Below, in pieces: positions 1 to 8,338 of a stretch of DNA of 56,638 nucleotides. Source of the stretch: an uncultured Gammaproteobacteria bacterium (lineage in GTDB: Bacteria; Patescibacteriota; Patescibacteriia; Patescibacteriales; UBA12465). Where the stretch lies: contig CAZIJG010000005.1 in the NCBI GenBank assembly GCA_964539545.1, forward strand, positions 8,062-64,699, in the 5' to 3' direction. Made by a program: the position numbers and the translations under genes. Numbering within the stretch: the stretch's first letter is position 1; every line of letters begins with the position of its first letter. The notes under the pieces are model-generated. The model saw only the letters and a program-made list of their open reading frames with translations. It was not told the origin of the DNA and searched no databases.

Positions 1-153
1 GGAGAGACTACTGTATTATATCTATCTAAACTATTAAAACCAGAAAATATCAAAATAACTCGACTAGCCAGAGGTCTACCTCTAGGTTCATCTCTGGAAT
101 ATACTGATGAAATTACTTTAATCGAATCATTGAAAAATAGAAGTCAAATATAA
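1..153 (+). CDS. recR: Recombination protein RecR, C-terminal fragment (5' end outside window)
   Basis: Frame +1 from nt 1 reads GETTVLYLSKLLKPENIKITRLARGLPLGSSLEYTDEITLIESLKNRSQI*. The RLA-G-P-G--LEY-D--TL pattern is the conserved RecR Toprim/C-terminal signature. Confidence 0.75.
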   Translation, partial: GETTVLYLSKLLKPENIKITRLARGLPLGSSLEYTDEITLIESLKNRSQI

Positions 154-181
154 ACGTTCTTTAATATAGGAGATCTTAAAA

Positions 182-448
182 ATGTTATTTATTATAGAAA
201 TACTGTTTTGTATAATTGTCGGACCCCCTATTATAGCTATGCTCACTCGCAAAAAAAAACCAAAAGAAGCCTGGCAAGAGATCCGTAAAAATCTCCAGAA
301 GCTTAAAAATAAAAGCAAACAGGAATTATTAGAAGATGTACGGAAAATCTGGCGTAGAATTTGGGCAAAAAGAATAGAGCTAAAAATAAAACTAACAAAA
401 CTATTAGCAGCTCTATTGGCTATAATTACAGGAAGTAATTGTAAATAA
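182..448 (+). CDS. Small hypothetical protein: N-terminal TM helix plus Lys/Arg-rich amphipathic tail
   Basis: 88-aa ORF with an ATG start, followed directly by a strong hairpin terminator. The overlapping antisense 111-aa ORF looks like low-complexity mirror sequence. Confidence 0.4.
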   Translation: MLFIIEILFCIIVGPPIIAMLTRKKKPKEAWQEIRKNLQKLKNKSKQELLEDVRKIWRRIWAKRIELKIKLTKLLAALLAIITGSNCK

Positions 449-480
449 AAATCCGTCCCCATATAGAGACGGATTTTATC
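447..480. terminator. Bidirectional intrinsic terminator between convergent genes
   Basis: aaaatccgtc(448-457)/gacggatttt(68-77 of that line) form a ~10-bp stem with a 10-nt loop, an A-run on the left and a T-run on the right. Confidence 0.6.
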
Positions 481-495
481 TTATTCTAAAAACTT

Positions 496-816
496 TTAAG
501 CAATTTTTTCAATCTTCACTAAACTAAAAGGTTGACGATGACCAATAACTCTCTTATAACGAGTTTTGTTCTTATATTTAACAACTTTAACCTTTTTGTC
601 TTTATCTTCGATTTTAACAATACCTTCTACTTTATCACCCAAACTAGGTTTACCTAAATTAAGCTCCTTACCATCAGTAGACGCAATCAAAAGAGTATCA
701 AATTTGACTTTTTCTTCTGCAGCTTTACCTAATTTTTCTACTTTGATCGTATCCCCTTCTTGTACTTTGTATTGTTTACCACCAGTTTTTATTACGGCAA
801 TTTTACCCATAAACAT
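496..816 (-). CDS. rplU: 50S ribosomal protein L21
   Basis: IAVIKTGGKQYKVQEGDTIKVEKL...RYKRVIGHRQPFSLVKI is a typical L21 sequence of typical length. Confidence 0.93.
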   Translation of the reverse strand: MFMGKIAVIKTGGKQYKVQEGDTIKVEKLGKAAEEKVKFDTLLIASTDGKELNLGKPSLGDKVEGIVKIEDKDKKVKVVKYKNKTRYKRVIGHRQPFSLVKIEKIA

Positions 817-876
817 AAATTAAATAATTATGAAAAGACGTGTTACTGCACGTCTATGTCATATCTTAACAAAAAT

Positions 877-905
877 TTGAAAAATGTCAATAAATAAGAT
901 ATGAT
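877..905 (+). promoter_or_regulatory. Putative sigma70-type promoter for murA
   Basis: TTGAAA (877-882), 17-nt spacer, TATGAT (900-905), about 27 nt upstream of the murA ATG. Confidence 0.4.
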
Positions 906-932
906 AAATATAGTTAAATATAACTTAATTAT

Positions 933-2189
933 ATGTCTAAATTTGTTATCAAGGGAGGAAAGCCTTTAAAAGGTGAGATTTCGGTTAAAGGAGCTAAAAA
1001 TTCTGCTCTAAAGATTATTCCAGCCTCTATCTTATCGGCTGAGACTATCAATATCAAGAACCTGCCGCGAATAGAAGATATTACTAAATCGCTAGAATTA
1101 TTAGCTGACCTAGGTGCTTCCATCAAATATGAGGGCGATCAAGTTAAAATTAATACTGCCGATATCAAGGGACCAGATTTAAATCCAAAGTTAGCGGATA
1201 AGTTCCGTACCTCTATAATGTTTGTTGGTCCACTACTAGCTCGTTTTGGCAAAGTAAAATTTCCTCATCCCGGAGGTTGTGTTATTGGCGCCGGAGGCAG
1301 ACCAATTGATTTATTCCTAGAAGGATTCCGAGCTTTGGGTGCAGAAATTATTGTAAAAGATAAATTCTATGAAATTAGCGCTCAAAAACTAAAAGGTTGT
1401 GAATATTTCTTCTCTATGATGAGTGTAACTGGAACCGAAAGCTTAATGATGACTGCTACCTTAGCTGAAGGAACCACGGTATTAAAGAATTGTGCCATGG
1501 AGCCAGAAATTGAAGCTTTAGCAAATTATTTAAATGAACAGGGAGCAAAAATTGTTGGAGCTGGTAGCCCAACCATGACTATTGAAGGTGTAGACAAATT
1601 ACAAGCCGGAACCTTCACTGTAGTTCCAGATCGTATTGAGACTGGATCCTTTGCTATTTTAGCCGCCGTAGCTAAAGCCCCGCTAAAAATCACCAATTGC
1701 AATCCTGAGCACATAGCTAGTTTATTAACTATTTTTAAAAAAATTAATATCAATTTCAGCGTTGGTAAAGATTGGATAGAAATGAAGCCAACCGATAAAA
1801 TTCTTCCCTATAGCATTAGGACTCATGAATACCCTGGCTTCCCTACTGACCTACAATCTCCCTATACCGTATTAATGACCCAAGCTCATGGCTCTAGCTT
1901 AATTCATGAAACTATTTATGACAGACGCTTACTATATGTAGACATGCTATCTCAAATGGGTGCTAATATTACCATGTGTGACCCACATCGTGTAGTTGTT
2001 AACGGTCCAACTTCTCTACATGGAAAACGTTTAATTAGTCCAGATATCAGAGCTGGTATCGCTTTAGTAATCGCGGCTTTAATCGCGGAAGGCACCACTG
2101 AGATAGATAATATTTATCAAATCGACCGTGGTTATGAAAACATTGATCAAAGATTAAGAAATCTAGGCGCTGATATCGTAAGAGTATAA
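933..2189 (+). CDS. murA: UDP-N-acetylglucosamine 1-carboxyvinyltransferase
   Basis: 418 aa. FVIKGGKPLKGEISVKGAKNSALKIIPASIL, ...GGCVIGAGGRPIDL..., and the C-terminal IDRGYENIDQRLRNLGADI are MurA/EPSP-fold hallmarks. Confidence 0.95.
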   Translation: MSKFVIKGGKPLKGEISVKGAKNSALKIIPASILSAETINIKNLPRIEDITKSLELLADLGASIKYEGDQVKINTADIKGPDLNPKLADKFRTSIMFVGPLLARFGKVKFPHPGGCVIGAGGRPIDLFLEGFRALGAEIIVKDKFYEISAQKLKGCEYFFSMMSVTGTESLMMTATLAEGTTVLKNCAMEPEIEALANYLNEQGAKIVGAGSPTMTIEGVDKLQAGTFTVVPDRIETGSFAILAAVAKAPLKITNCNPEHIASLLTIFKKININFSVGKDWIEMKPTDKILPYSIRTHEYPGFPTDLQSPYTVLMTQAHGSSLIHETIYDRRLLYVDMLSQMGANITMCDPHRVVVNGPTSLHGKRLISPDIRAGIALVIAALIAEGTTEIDNIYQIDRGYENIDQRLRNLGADIVRV

Positions 2190-2193
2190 ATTT

Positions 2194-3522
2194 ATGACAG
2201 TAAAAGTCCGAGCCCGATTATTTCAAGCTTTCATTATATTATTTGTTATATTGACGATTACTACTTCATTATATGCCGCCGGCTATAGGTTAACCCTCAG
2301 TCGGCCGTTTAGTTGGTCTGAAATATTACAGAAAACCGGATTGCTCCAAGTAGATACTAAACCTAATGGCGCTAAAATTTATTTAGAAAAACATCAAAAA
2401 TCTTTATTTTCTAATCCTGATAAATATCGAGGAGAAACAATCACCCCAGCTAAAATTACCCACCTAATACCAGGGAAATATGATCTGACTGTTGAATTAG
2501 ATGGTTATTGGTCCTGGGAAAAAGAAATCGAAATACAACCTGGTCAAGCTATATATTTTGAGGACATAGTTTTGTTTAAAAAAACTCTACCTCTACTTAT
2601 TAATCCATCCTCCCTACAAGAAACTACGTTTTCTCCTAACAATCATTATGCTTTTTTAAATGAAGATAAAGTTATTTTAGATTTAGATACTGAAGAAACT
2701 TTCGCTTTACCAGAAGAAGAATTATCCAATTGGCAATGGAGCTCTAACGATAATCAATTTGTCACAGATAAATATACTTTTAAACCAACCACCCAAGAAA
2801 TAAATTGGCTAAACACCAAAGATCAGATTAATAATTTAAAATGTTTTAAGAATAACAAACAGATCTTCTATCAGAATCCAGACTCTATTAGTCAATTTAA
2901 TTTATCCTCCCAAGATATTAGTATTATTGCCTCCGATACCTCCTGCCAAGATTATTTCATCTACAATAATAGATTAATAACTATTAATACTGTTGATAAT
3001 CGAACTCATTTAAAAGTGGCTAACTTCAAAAACGAAAAGCTACGAATTATAGAATTGCCATACTCTAATAAATATAAATTTATAGATTTAAACAACGGCT
3101 ATATCAATGTCTGGCAAGAAGATTATGAGAGTCTATATGTTATAAATATTAAAGATGACTTCCAGCCTATTAAAGCTAGGATAGATAATCTAAAATATGT
3201 TATCTGGCTAGGTGACGATCAACTCTTATACGCCAACGATTCTGAAATACTATTCTATGATTTAAACTTATCTCAAAGCACTCTCATCACCAGAGTTTCT
3301 ACTCAAATTACTAAATTACTTTGGCACCCCGCTAAAAACTACATTATTTTCTCTAGCCCTGACAGCCTATACGTAATTGATTGGCAAAAGAGAGATTATA
3401 CTATTACTAAAATCATAACTTTAACAGCGATTGAGTCTGCCTCCCTAGACTACAAGCAGAATCAATTATATTTCAGTGGTGAAATTGGTCAACAATCTGG
3501 TATATATAAACTTTCTCTCTAA
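2194..3522 (+). CDS. Membrane-anchored PEGA-domain protein with a beta-rich (propeller-like) C-terminal region
   Basis: N-terminal TM helix, then VDTKPNGAKIYLE...PGKYDLTVELDGYWSWEKEIEIQPGQ (PEGA pattern). The start lies 4 nt after the murA stop. Confidence 0.6.
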   Translation: MTVKVRARLFQAFIILFVILTITTSLYAAGYRLTLSRPFSWSEILQKTGLLQVDTKPNGAKIYLEKHQKSLFSNPDKYRGETITPAKITHLIPGKYDLTVELDGYWSWEKEIEIQPGQAIYFEDIVLFKKTLPLLINPSSLQETTFSPNNHYAFLNEDKVILDLDTEETFALPEEELSNWQWSSNDNQFVTDKYTFKPTTQEINWLNTKDQINNLKCFKNNKQIFYQNPDSISQFNLSSQDISIIASDTSCQDYFIYNNRLITINTVDNRTHLKVANFKNEKLRIIELPYSNKYKFIDLNNGYINVWQEDYESLYVINIKDDFQPIKARIDNLKYVIWLGDDQLLYANDSEILFYDLNLSQSTLITRVSTQITKLLWHPAKNYIIFSSPDSLYVIDWQKRDYTITKIITLTAIESASLDYKQNQLYFSGEIGQQSGIYKLSL

Positions 3523-3531
3523 TATATTAGA

Positions 3532-3566
3532 AAATAAAAAACAGCCATAAACGACTGTTTTTTATT
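3532..3566. terminator. Bidirectional terminator between PEGA gene (+) and galU (-)
   Basis: aaaaaacagcc-ataaac-gactgtttttt hairpin flanked by A and T runs. Confidence 0.5.
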
Positions 3567-3577
3567 TTATATAATTT

Positions 3578-4459
3578 CTATTTTATAGTCTTTCCTAAAT
3601 CTTTTATAAAACTCTTTAAATCAGTTCCAATTTCTTCATCCTTTATTCCTAATTTTAAAGTAGTCTTAATAAAATTTAACTTATTACCAGTGTCTAGCCA
3701 TTCACCTTCAATCTTTTTACCATATAACGGACGACCACTTTCTAATATAGCATCAAAGGCATCAGCCAATCTAATTTCTCCTGATTTACCTTTATTCATC
3801 TCACCCAAGATTTTGAATACCTCTGGAGTAATGACTGCAATACCTACAAAACATAAATTAGATGGAGCTTCAGACTGTTTAGGTTTTTCAACAAATTGCT
3901 TAATCTCATAATTTCCGTCACCTAGATCAACTCCATCAATCACGCCAAACTTACTAACTTCTTTTGGCTCTACTTCAGATAATCCAACTACTGGATCTCC
4001 ATATTTTTTGTAGGCTTCAATTACTTGCTTAGCCGGCGAAACATCTGCATCATAAAGAGTATCACCGAACATAACTAAAACTGCCTCATCACCAACTAAA
4101 TGACTGGCACAATTAATTGCATGACCATCACCTAAAGGCATTGATTGACGTACGTAAGAAAATTTAGCTAGATTCTCTATCTTCCTTACCTTCTCAATCA
4201 AATCAATTTTATTCCCTTCTACTAAACGAGACTCTAATTCAAATGATTTATCAAAATGATCCTCAATAGCGTGTTTACCACGACCAGTTACAAATACTAC
4301 TTCCTCAATACCCGCTTTAACCGCATCCTCAACTAAATATTGAATAGCTGGCTTATCTACTACCGGTAACATTTCTTTAGGCTGAGCTTTAGTAGCTGGT
4401 AGAAATCGGGTACCAAATCCCGCGACTGGAAAAATAGCTTTTTTAATTTTGTTTGCCAT
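3578..4459 (-). CDS. galU: UTP--glucose-1-phosphate uridylyltransferase
   Basis: KAIFPVAGFGTRFLPATKAQPKEMLPVVDKPAIQYLVEDA...VGDEAVLVMFGD is the canonical GalU N-terminus. 293 aa. Confidence 0.9.
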   Translation of the reverse strand: MANKIKKAIFPVAGFGTRFLPATKAQPKEMLPVVDKPAIQYLVEDAVKAGIEEVVFVTGRGKHAIEDHFDKSFELESRLVEGNKIDLIEKVRKIENLAKFSYVRQSMPLGDGHAINCASHLVGDEAVLVMFGDTLYDADVSPAKQVIEAYKKYGDPVVGLSEVEPKEVSKFGVIDGVDLGDGNYEIKQFVEKPKQSEAPSNLCFVGIAVITPEVFKILGEMNKGKSGEIRLADAFDAILESGRPLYGKKIEGEWLDTGNKLNFIKTTLKLGIKDEEIGTDLKSFIKDLGKTIK

Positions 4460-4463
4460 AAAT

Positions 4464-5261
4464 TTATTTTATTTTCTTATTATTTAAATATTTCCATTTC
4501 CAAAAATATTTCAGCCAAGACTTAATATGCTCTCTGGCTACTCTCTTAAAAAATGGAGCTACAAACCAAACTTGTTTAGCGCTATCACGTTGGTGATCAT
4601 GAATAATAGTTGCTTCCGGATTATACACTACACTGTAATCATTGTGCCAAGATCGACGACAAAGATCAATATCTTCAAAATACATAAAAAATCTTTTATC
4701 AAATAACGCCCAATCACTTTTTCTAATCATTAAACAGGAGCCCATTAACCAATCAACCTCTTTAATAGTGTCATGTTCTACTCTCTTCATTAAAAACCAA
4801 TCGATATGATCTTTAGCAAACCAACCCAAAAAAGTTCTTCTTAGAATTGGTGTAAAAAATGTTGGAAAATGAGCACAAGAGTATTGTAAGCTTTTATCAG
4901 GATTTAATAATTTAGGACCCACGATACCCACTGTTTCGTTCTTTATAATATATTTATACAGGACTTGAATGGTCTCTCTATCTACTAACGTATCTGGATT
5001 AAGTACTAGCGAGAAATTACTAGCAGAAGCTTTAATACCTAGATTATTCCCGCCACCCATTCCTAAGTTGGTTGAGCTAGAAATAAAAATCACCTGAGGA
5101 AATTTATCTTTTATTGTTTTCTCTAATCCATCACGAGAATTATTATCTACAACTATCACTTCATAGGAGATATTCTCTAGGTTAGCCGCCAAAACAGACT
5201 GCACACAACTAAGTGTCTTTACAACACTCTTATAATTAACAACGATGATACTCAAATCCAT
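4464..5261 (-). CDS. Glycosyltransferase family 2
   Basis: LSIIVVNYKS...VIVVDNNSRDG...NLGMGGGNN...LVLNPD...FMYFEDIDLCRR are GT2 (GT-A, DxD/ED) motifs. Confidence 0.85.
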   Translation of the reverse strand: MDLSIIVVNYKSVVKTLSCVQSVLAANLENISYEVIVVDNNSRDGLEKTIKDKFPQVIFISSSTNLGMGGGNNLGIKASASNFSLVLNPDTLVDRETIQVLYKYIIKNETVGIVGPKLLNPDKSLQYSCAHFPTFFTPILRRTFLGWFAKDHIDWFLMKRVEHDTIKEVDWLMGSCLMIRKSDWALFDKRFFMYFEDIDLCRRSWHNDYSVVYNPEATIIHDHQRDSAKQVWFVAPFFKRVAREHIKSWLKYFWKWKYLNNKKIK

Positions 5262-5264
5262 ATA

Positions 5265-6326
5265 TTAGATAATAATTTTTACTAATCGCCAATACAAATG
5301 TAAAAGAGGATTAACAATTTGTAAAACTAAACTTGGTTTCTGGCCAAAACTTAATTTGCTTTGGAATCCAGAAATTATAATTTTTTCTTTTTGGTGACGC
5401 AGGCTTTGAACCTGTTTTCGTAACTGACAAATTCTCTTTATATTTTTCGGATTTAAGAAATATAGATAAGCTCTAATTTTTACTAAACCCCAACCGCTAA
5501 AAAATGCCATAGCGACTAATCCTAGCTCTGTTAAAATCAAGATTGGTAATATCAAGAGCAAAGTATTCCAACGATACAACAAAAATAAAGTTAACATCCT
5601 ATTCCTCTCCATATAATACAACATTTTTATACTTCGAGAAAATTCATATTTGTGATATACCACCGACTTTGGTGCTAAAACTATTTTATAACCAACTAAT
5701 CTGGTTTTCCAACCTAACTCCAAATCATCATGATACATATAGAAGTCTTCTATATAACCACCGATCTTTTTAAAAACCTCTTTCTTAATTAACAGTGAAC
5801 AACCACTGGCATATCCCTGAATTTCAGGAGAACCCTGAACATACATATCTGGTTTATTATAATAACTAACTAACCCAAAAGCTAAAAAATGGATATCATT
5901 ACCTAGGGTATTAATTCTAGCTCGCTTCTTTTTATCTTTATTCCATAATAATATCTTAGATTGCACCATGCCAATATTTTCTTTCTTTAAAGCTATCTTC
6001 ACTAATTCTTTCAACCAGTTTCTATCAAATTTAGTATCCATATTAGCAATCACTAAATATTCACAACCATCGTTAATAGCCTCTCTAGCTCCTAAATTAT
6101 TAGCAGCTGAGTAATTACCGTCTTCACGGGTTAAAACCTTAGCCTGGGGATATACTTGTTGCAGAAAATTAACTGATTTTGGAGAAGAAGCATTATCTAC
6201 TATATATACTTTAAACCTATCTTTAGGATAAGTCTGTTCCAATAAAGACTGACGACAATCTGCTAAAAAACGTTCTGCATAGTCCTCGTAATTCACTAGA
6301 ATAATTCCTGTTTTAGGATAATCCAT
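5265..6326 (-). CDS. Glycosyltransferase family 2 with C-terminal TM helices
   Basis: GIILVNYEDY...YIVDNASS...YSAANNLG...IANMD...FYMYHDDLELGWK is a GT2 core, followed by hydrophobic helices (LTLFLLYRWNTLLLILPILILTELGLVAMAFF). Confidence 0.85.
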   Translation of the reverse strand: MDYPKTGIILVNYEDYAERFLADCRQSLLEQTYPKDRFKVYIVDNASSPKSVNFLQQVYPQAKVLTREDGNYSAANNLGAREAINDGCEYLVIANMDTKFDRNWLKELVKIALKKENIGMVQSKILLWNKDKKKRARINTLGNDIHFLAFGLVSYYNKPDMYVQGSPEIQGYASGCSLLIKKEVFKKIGGYIEDFYMYHDDLELGWKTRLVGYKIVLAPKSVVYHKYEFSRSIKMLYYMERNRMLTLFLLYRWNTLLLILPILILTELGLVAMAFFSGWGLVKIRAYLYFLNPKNIKRICQLRKQVQSLRHQKEKIIISGFQSKLSFGQKPSLVLQIVNPLLHLYWRLVKIII

Positions 6327-6327
6327 A

Positions 6328-7188
6328 TTAGGTCCTTGATTTAGTTTTAAAATTTATTCTATCTTTAAGCCAGGCTAAAATAAACATTGGTTGCCAAGCT
6401 ACTAATAAAATATTATATTGCCATCGAGGATGCCATTTTTTAAAATACTTCAACATCGAATTAGAAAAATACTTCTGGGTTTTTAAACTTTTTATTTGTG
6501 AAAAGCTTTGGCCGATATAATCTACGCAAGTTGCTTTTGGAGTATACCAAACTTCTTGATTATTCTTTTTAGCCTGGCGACAAAAATCTATCTCCTCAAA
6601 CCAAAGAAAGTACCGCTCATCTAACTGAATTAGAGAATCAAATTTATCCCTACTCATACCAAAGAAAGCTCCTCGAACTGAATCTACTTTAGCTGACTTT
6701 GAATAATCAAAACTTTTAATTAAATATTTATTTAAAACTCCCGGTAAAAAATGTGGTAGCTTCAAAACTATAGATAATTGATCGCTAAAATGCGGAAAGC
6801 GTCTAACATGTTTAACTAGTTTTCCCCTTTGATCAACTAACTTACAACTGGCAATACTAGCTTGAGGATTATTCCTAAACCAAGTTAAAAAATTATTTAA
6901 GGTACCTAATTCTAATCTCATATCCGGATTTAATAATAACAGATATTTACCTTGAGCTTCTTTCAACCCCTGATTACAAGCTTTGGCAAATCCTAAATTT
7001 TTCTTATTAGCAATAACTCTAACTTTAGAGAAAGTCTTTTTAACCATATTCACCGTATCGTCTTGAGAGTTATTATCTACCACAAACACTTCCAGGTTGA
7101 AATCACCCTGACTTTGATAAATTGATTTTAAGTTATCTCGTAATTTATCCTTTACATTCCAAGAAACAATAATAATTGATAAATCCAT
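6328..7188 (-). CDS. Glycosyltransferase family 2
   Basis: LSIIIVSWNVKDKL...VFVVDNNSQDDT...NLGFAKACNQG...LLLNPD...FLWFEEIDFCRQ. Confidence 0.85.
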   Translation of the reverse strand: MDLSIIIVSWNVKDKLRDNLKSIYQSQGDFNLEVFVVDNNSQDDTVNMVKKTFSKVRVIANKKNLGFAKACNQGLKEAQGKYLLLLNPDMRLELGTLNNFLTWFRNNPQASIASCKLVDQRGKLVKHVRRFPHFSDQLSIVLKLPHFLPGVLNKYLIKSFDYSKSAKVDSVRGAFFGMSRDKFDSLIQLDERYFLWFEEIDFCRQAKKNNQEVWYTPKATCVDYIGQSFSQIKSLKTQKYFSNSMLKYFKKWHPRWQYNILLVAWQPMFILAWLKDRINFKTKSRT

Positions 7189-7189
7189 A

Positions 7190-7453
7190 TTATTTAATAA
7201 TCTCTACTAATTTTAATTTAGATTTCCCTCCTGTAATAATTCTAACATTATTTATATCCACCTCCAATTCTTTAGATAGTAATTGTCTCAATTCTAAATT
7301 AGCCCGTCCATTTTCTGGCGCGCTGGCTACTCGAATCTTAAGGCTGTCATCAGACATAAATCCTTTTATTTCAGTATTTTTAGCCCCGGGAGATAAACGA
7401 CAAGTAATTACTACTTTACCTGAATGTACTAAATTTTCTTTAATAATTTTCAA
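7190..7453 (-). CDS. DUF167 (YggU/UPF0235) family protein
   Basis: ...LKIRVASAPENGRANLELRQLLSKELEVDINNVRIITGGKSKLKLVEI matches the DUF167 pattern (G.AN..l...la..l.v....v.i..G..sr.K.v.i). TTG start. It is the first gene of the GT2/galU operon. Confidence 0.8.
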   Translation of the reverse strand: MKIIKENLVHSGKVVITCRLSPGAKNTEIKGFMSDDSLKIRVASAPENGRANLELRQLLSKELEVDINNVRIITGGKSKLKLVEIIK

Positions 7454-7572
7454 AATATGATTATGAAAAATTCGATTTGAAAGTGCCGAATTTTATATTA
7501 TATCTACTATATATAATAGAATAATTGTTTATTTTTAGCAAAAATTTTACAAGCTATCACCTACAAGAAAAA

Positions 7573-7623
7573 TTATTTAATATAACCCTTCAATTATCTA
7601 TTGAATAGAGTTATATTAAATAA
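7573..7623. promoter_or_regulatory. Nested perfect palindrome in the divergent DUF167 / dcd control region (possible operator or structured RNA)
   Basis: ttatttaatataac (7573-7586) is the exact reverse complement of gttatattaaataa (7610-7623). The 23-nt spacer holds a second inverted repeat, ttcaat (7589-7594) / attgaa (7600-7605). Confidence 0.35.
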
Positions 7624-7664
7624 TGCCTCAAAACTGCCTAACTAGATGGCTTTTTTTTATTTGG

Positions 7665-7693
7665 TTGAAAAACTTCCTCCTATTTGTTAAGAT
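7665..7693 (+). promoter_or_regulatory. Putative promoter for the dcd operon
   Basis: TTGAAA (7665-7670), 17-nt spacer, TAAGAT (7688-7693), about 44 nt upstream of the dcd ATG. Confidence 0.35.
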
Positions 7694-7736
7694 AAAACAA
7701 ACTAACTAAACGCCTCTGGGGCGCTTTTTAAACTCT

Positions 7737-8300
7737 ATGGTATTATCAGATAAAGATATAAAAAAAGAGATAAAACAAGGCAATATCACTATATCCCCTT
7801 TTAAAGAAGAATTTGTACAGCCGGCCAGTGTTGATCTCCATTTAGACAAAGAATTTTTATTATTCAATACAGTAGATAATTTTGTAATTGACGTCAAAGA
7901 AAAAACTGACAAGTTAATGACAGAAAAAACTATTACGGAAGATCAGCCTTTCATTTTACAACCGCAACAATTCGCTCTGGGATTAATCCTAGAAGAAACC
8001 GGTGTATCTGAAAAATTAGTCGGTCGTTTAGAAGGAAAAAGTTCATTAGGTAGATTGGGATTAATTATCCACACCACAGCTGGCTATTTAGATCCGGGCA
8101 ATTCCCTAAAGATGACCTTGGAATTATTTAACGCCGGCCCATTACCTATTAAGCTATACTCTGGTATGAAAATTGGTCAAATGGCCTTTGAATATCTATC
8201 TTCTCCCTGCGAAAAACCCTATGGCTCCGATGGCTTAAATAGTAAATACTATAAAGATCAAAAGCCACAAGCTTCACAAATGTATAAAAACTTTAAATAG
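7737..8300 (+). CDS. dcd: dCTP deaminase (possibly a bifunctional dCTP deaminase/dUTPase type)
   Basis: LSDKDIKKEI..GNITISPF....VQPASVDLHL......GRLEGKSSLGRLGLIIHTTAGYLDPG..., 187 aa. This is the Dcd/Dut trimeric-fold signature. Confidence 0.9.
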   Translation: MVLSDKDIKKEIKQGNITISPFKEEFVQPASVDLHLDKEFLLFNTVDNFVIDVKEKTDKLMTEKTITEDQPFILQPQQFALGLILEETGVSEKLVGRLEGKSSLGRLGLIIHTTAGYLDPGNSLKMTLELFNAGPLPIKLYSGMKIGQMAFEYLSSPCEKPYGSDGLNSKYYKDQKPQASQMYKNFK

Positions 8301-8338
8301 CACCCTTAAACTTGTTTAGGAGTGCTTTCTTTAAACCT

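Noticed and set aside
7711-7733. cgcc-tctgg-ggcg hairpin + T5 just upstream of the dcd ATG, considered as a riboswitch or attenuator terminator
   Set aside because: It has only a 4-bp stem. I could not identify a conserved aptamer-like element in the preceding ~40-nt leader, so it is too weak to call from sequence alone.
7706-7912. 68-aa minus-strand ORF spanning the dcd start
   Set aside because: It overlaps the well-supported dcd N-terminus (MVLSDKDIKKEI..VQPASVDLHL) in antisense, and it has no promoter or terminator of its own.
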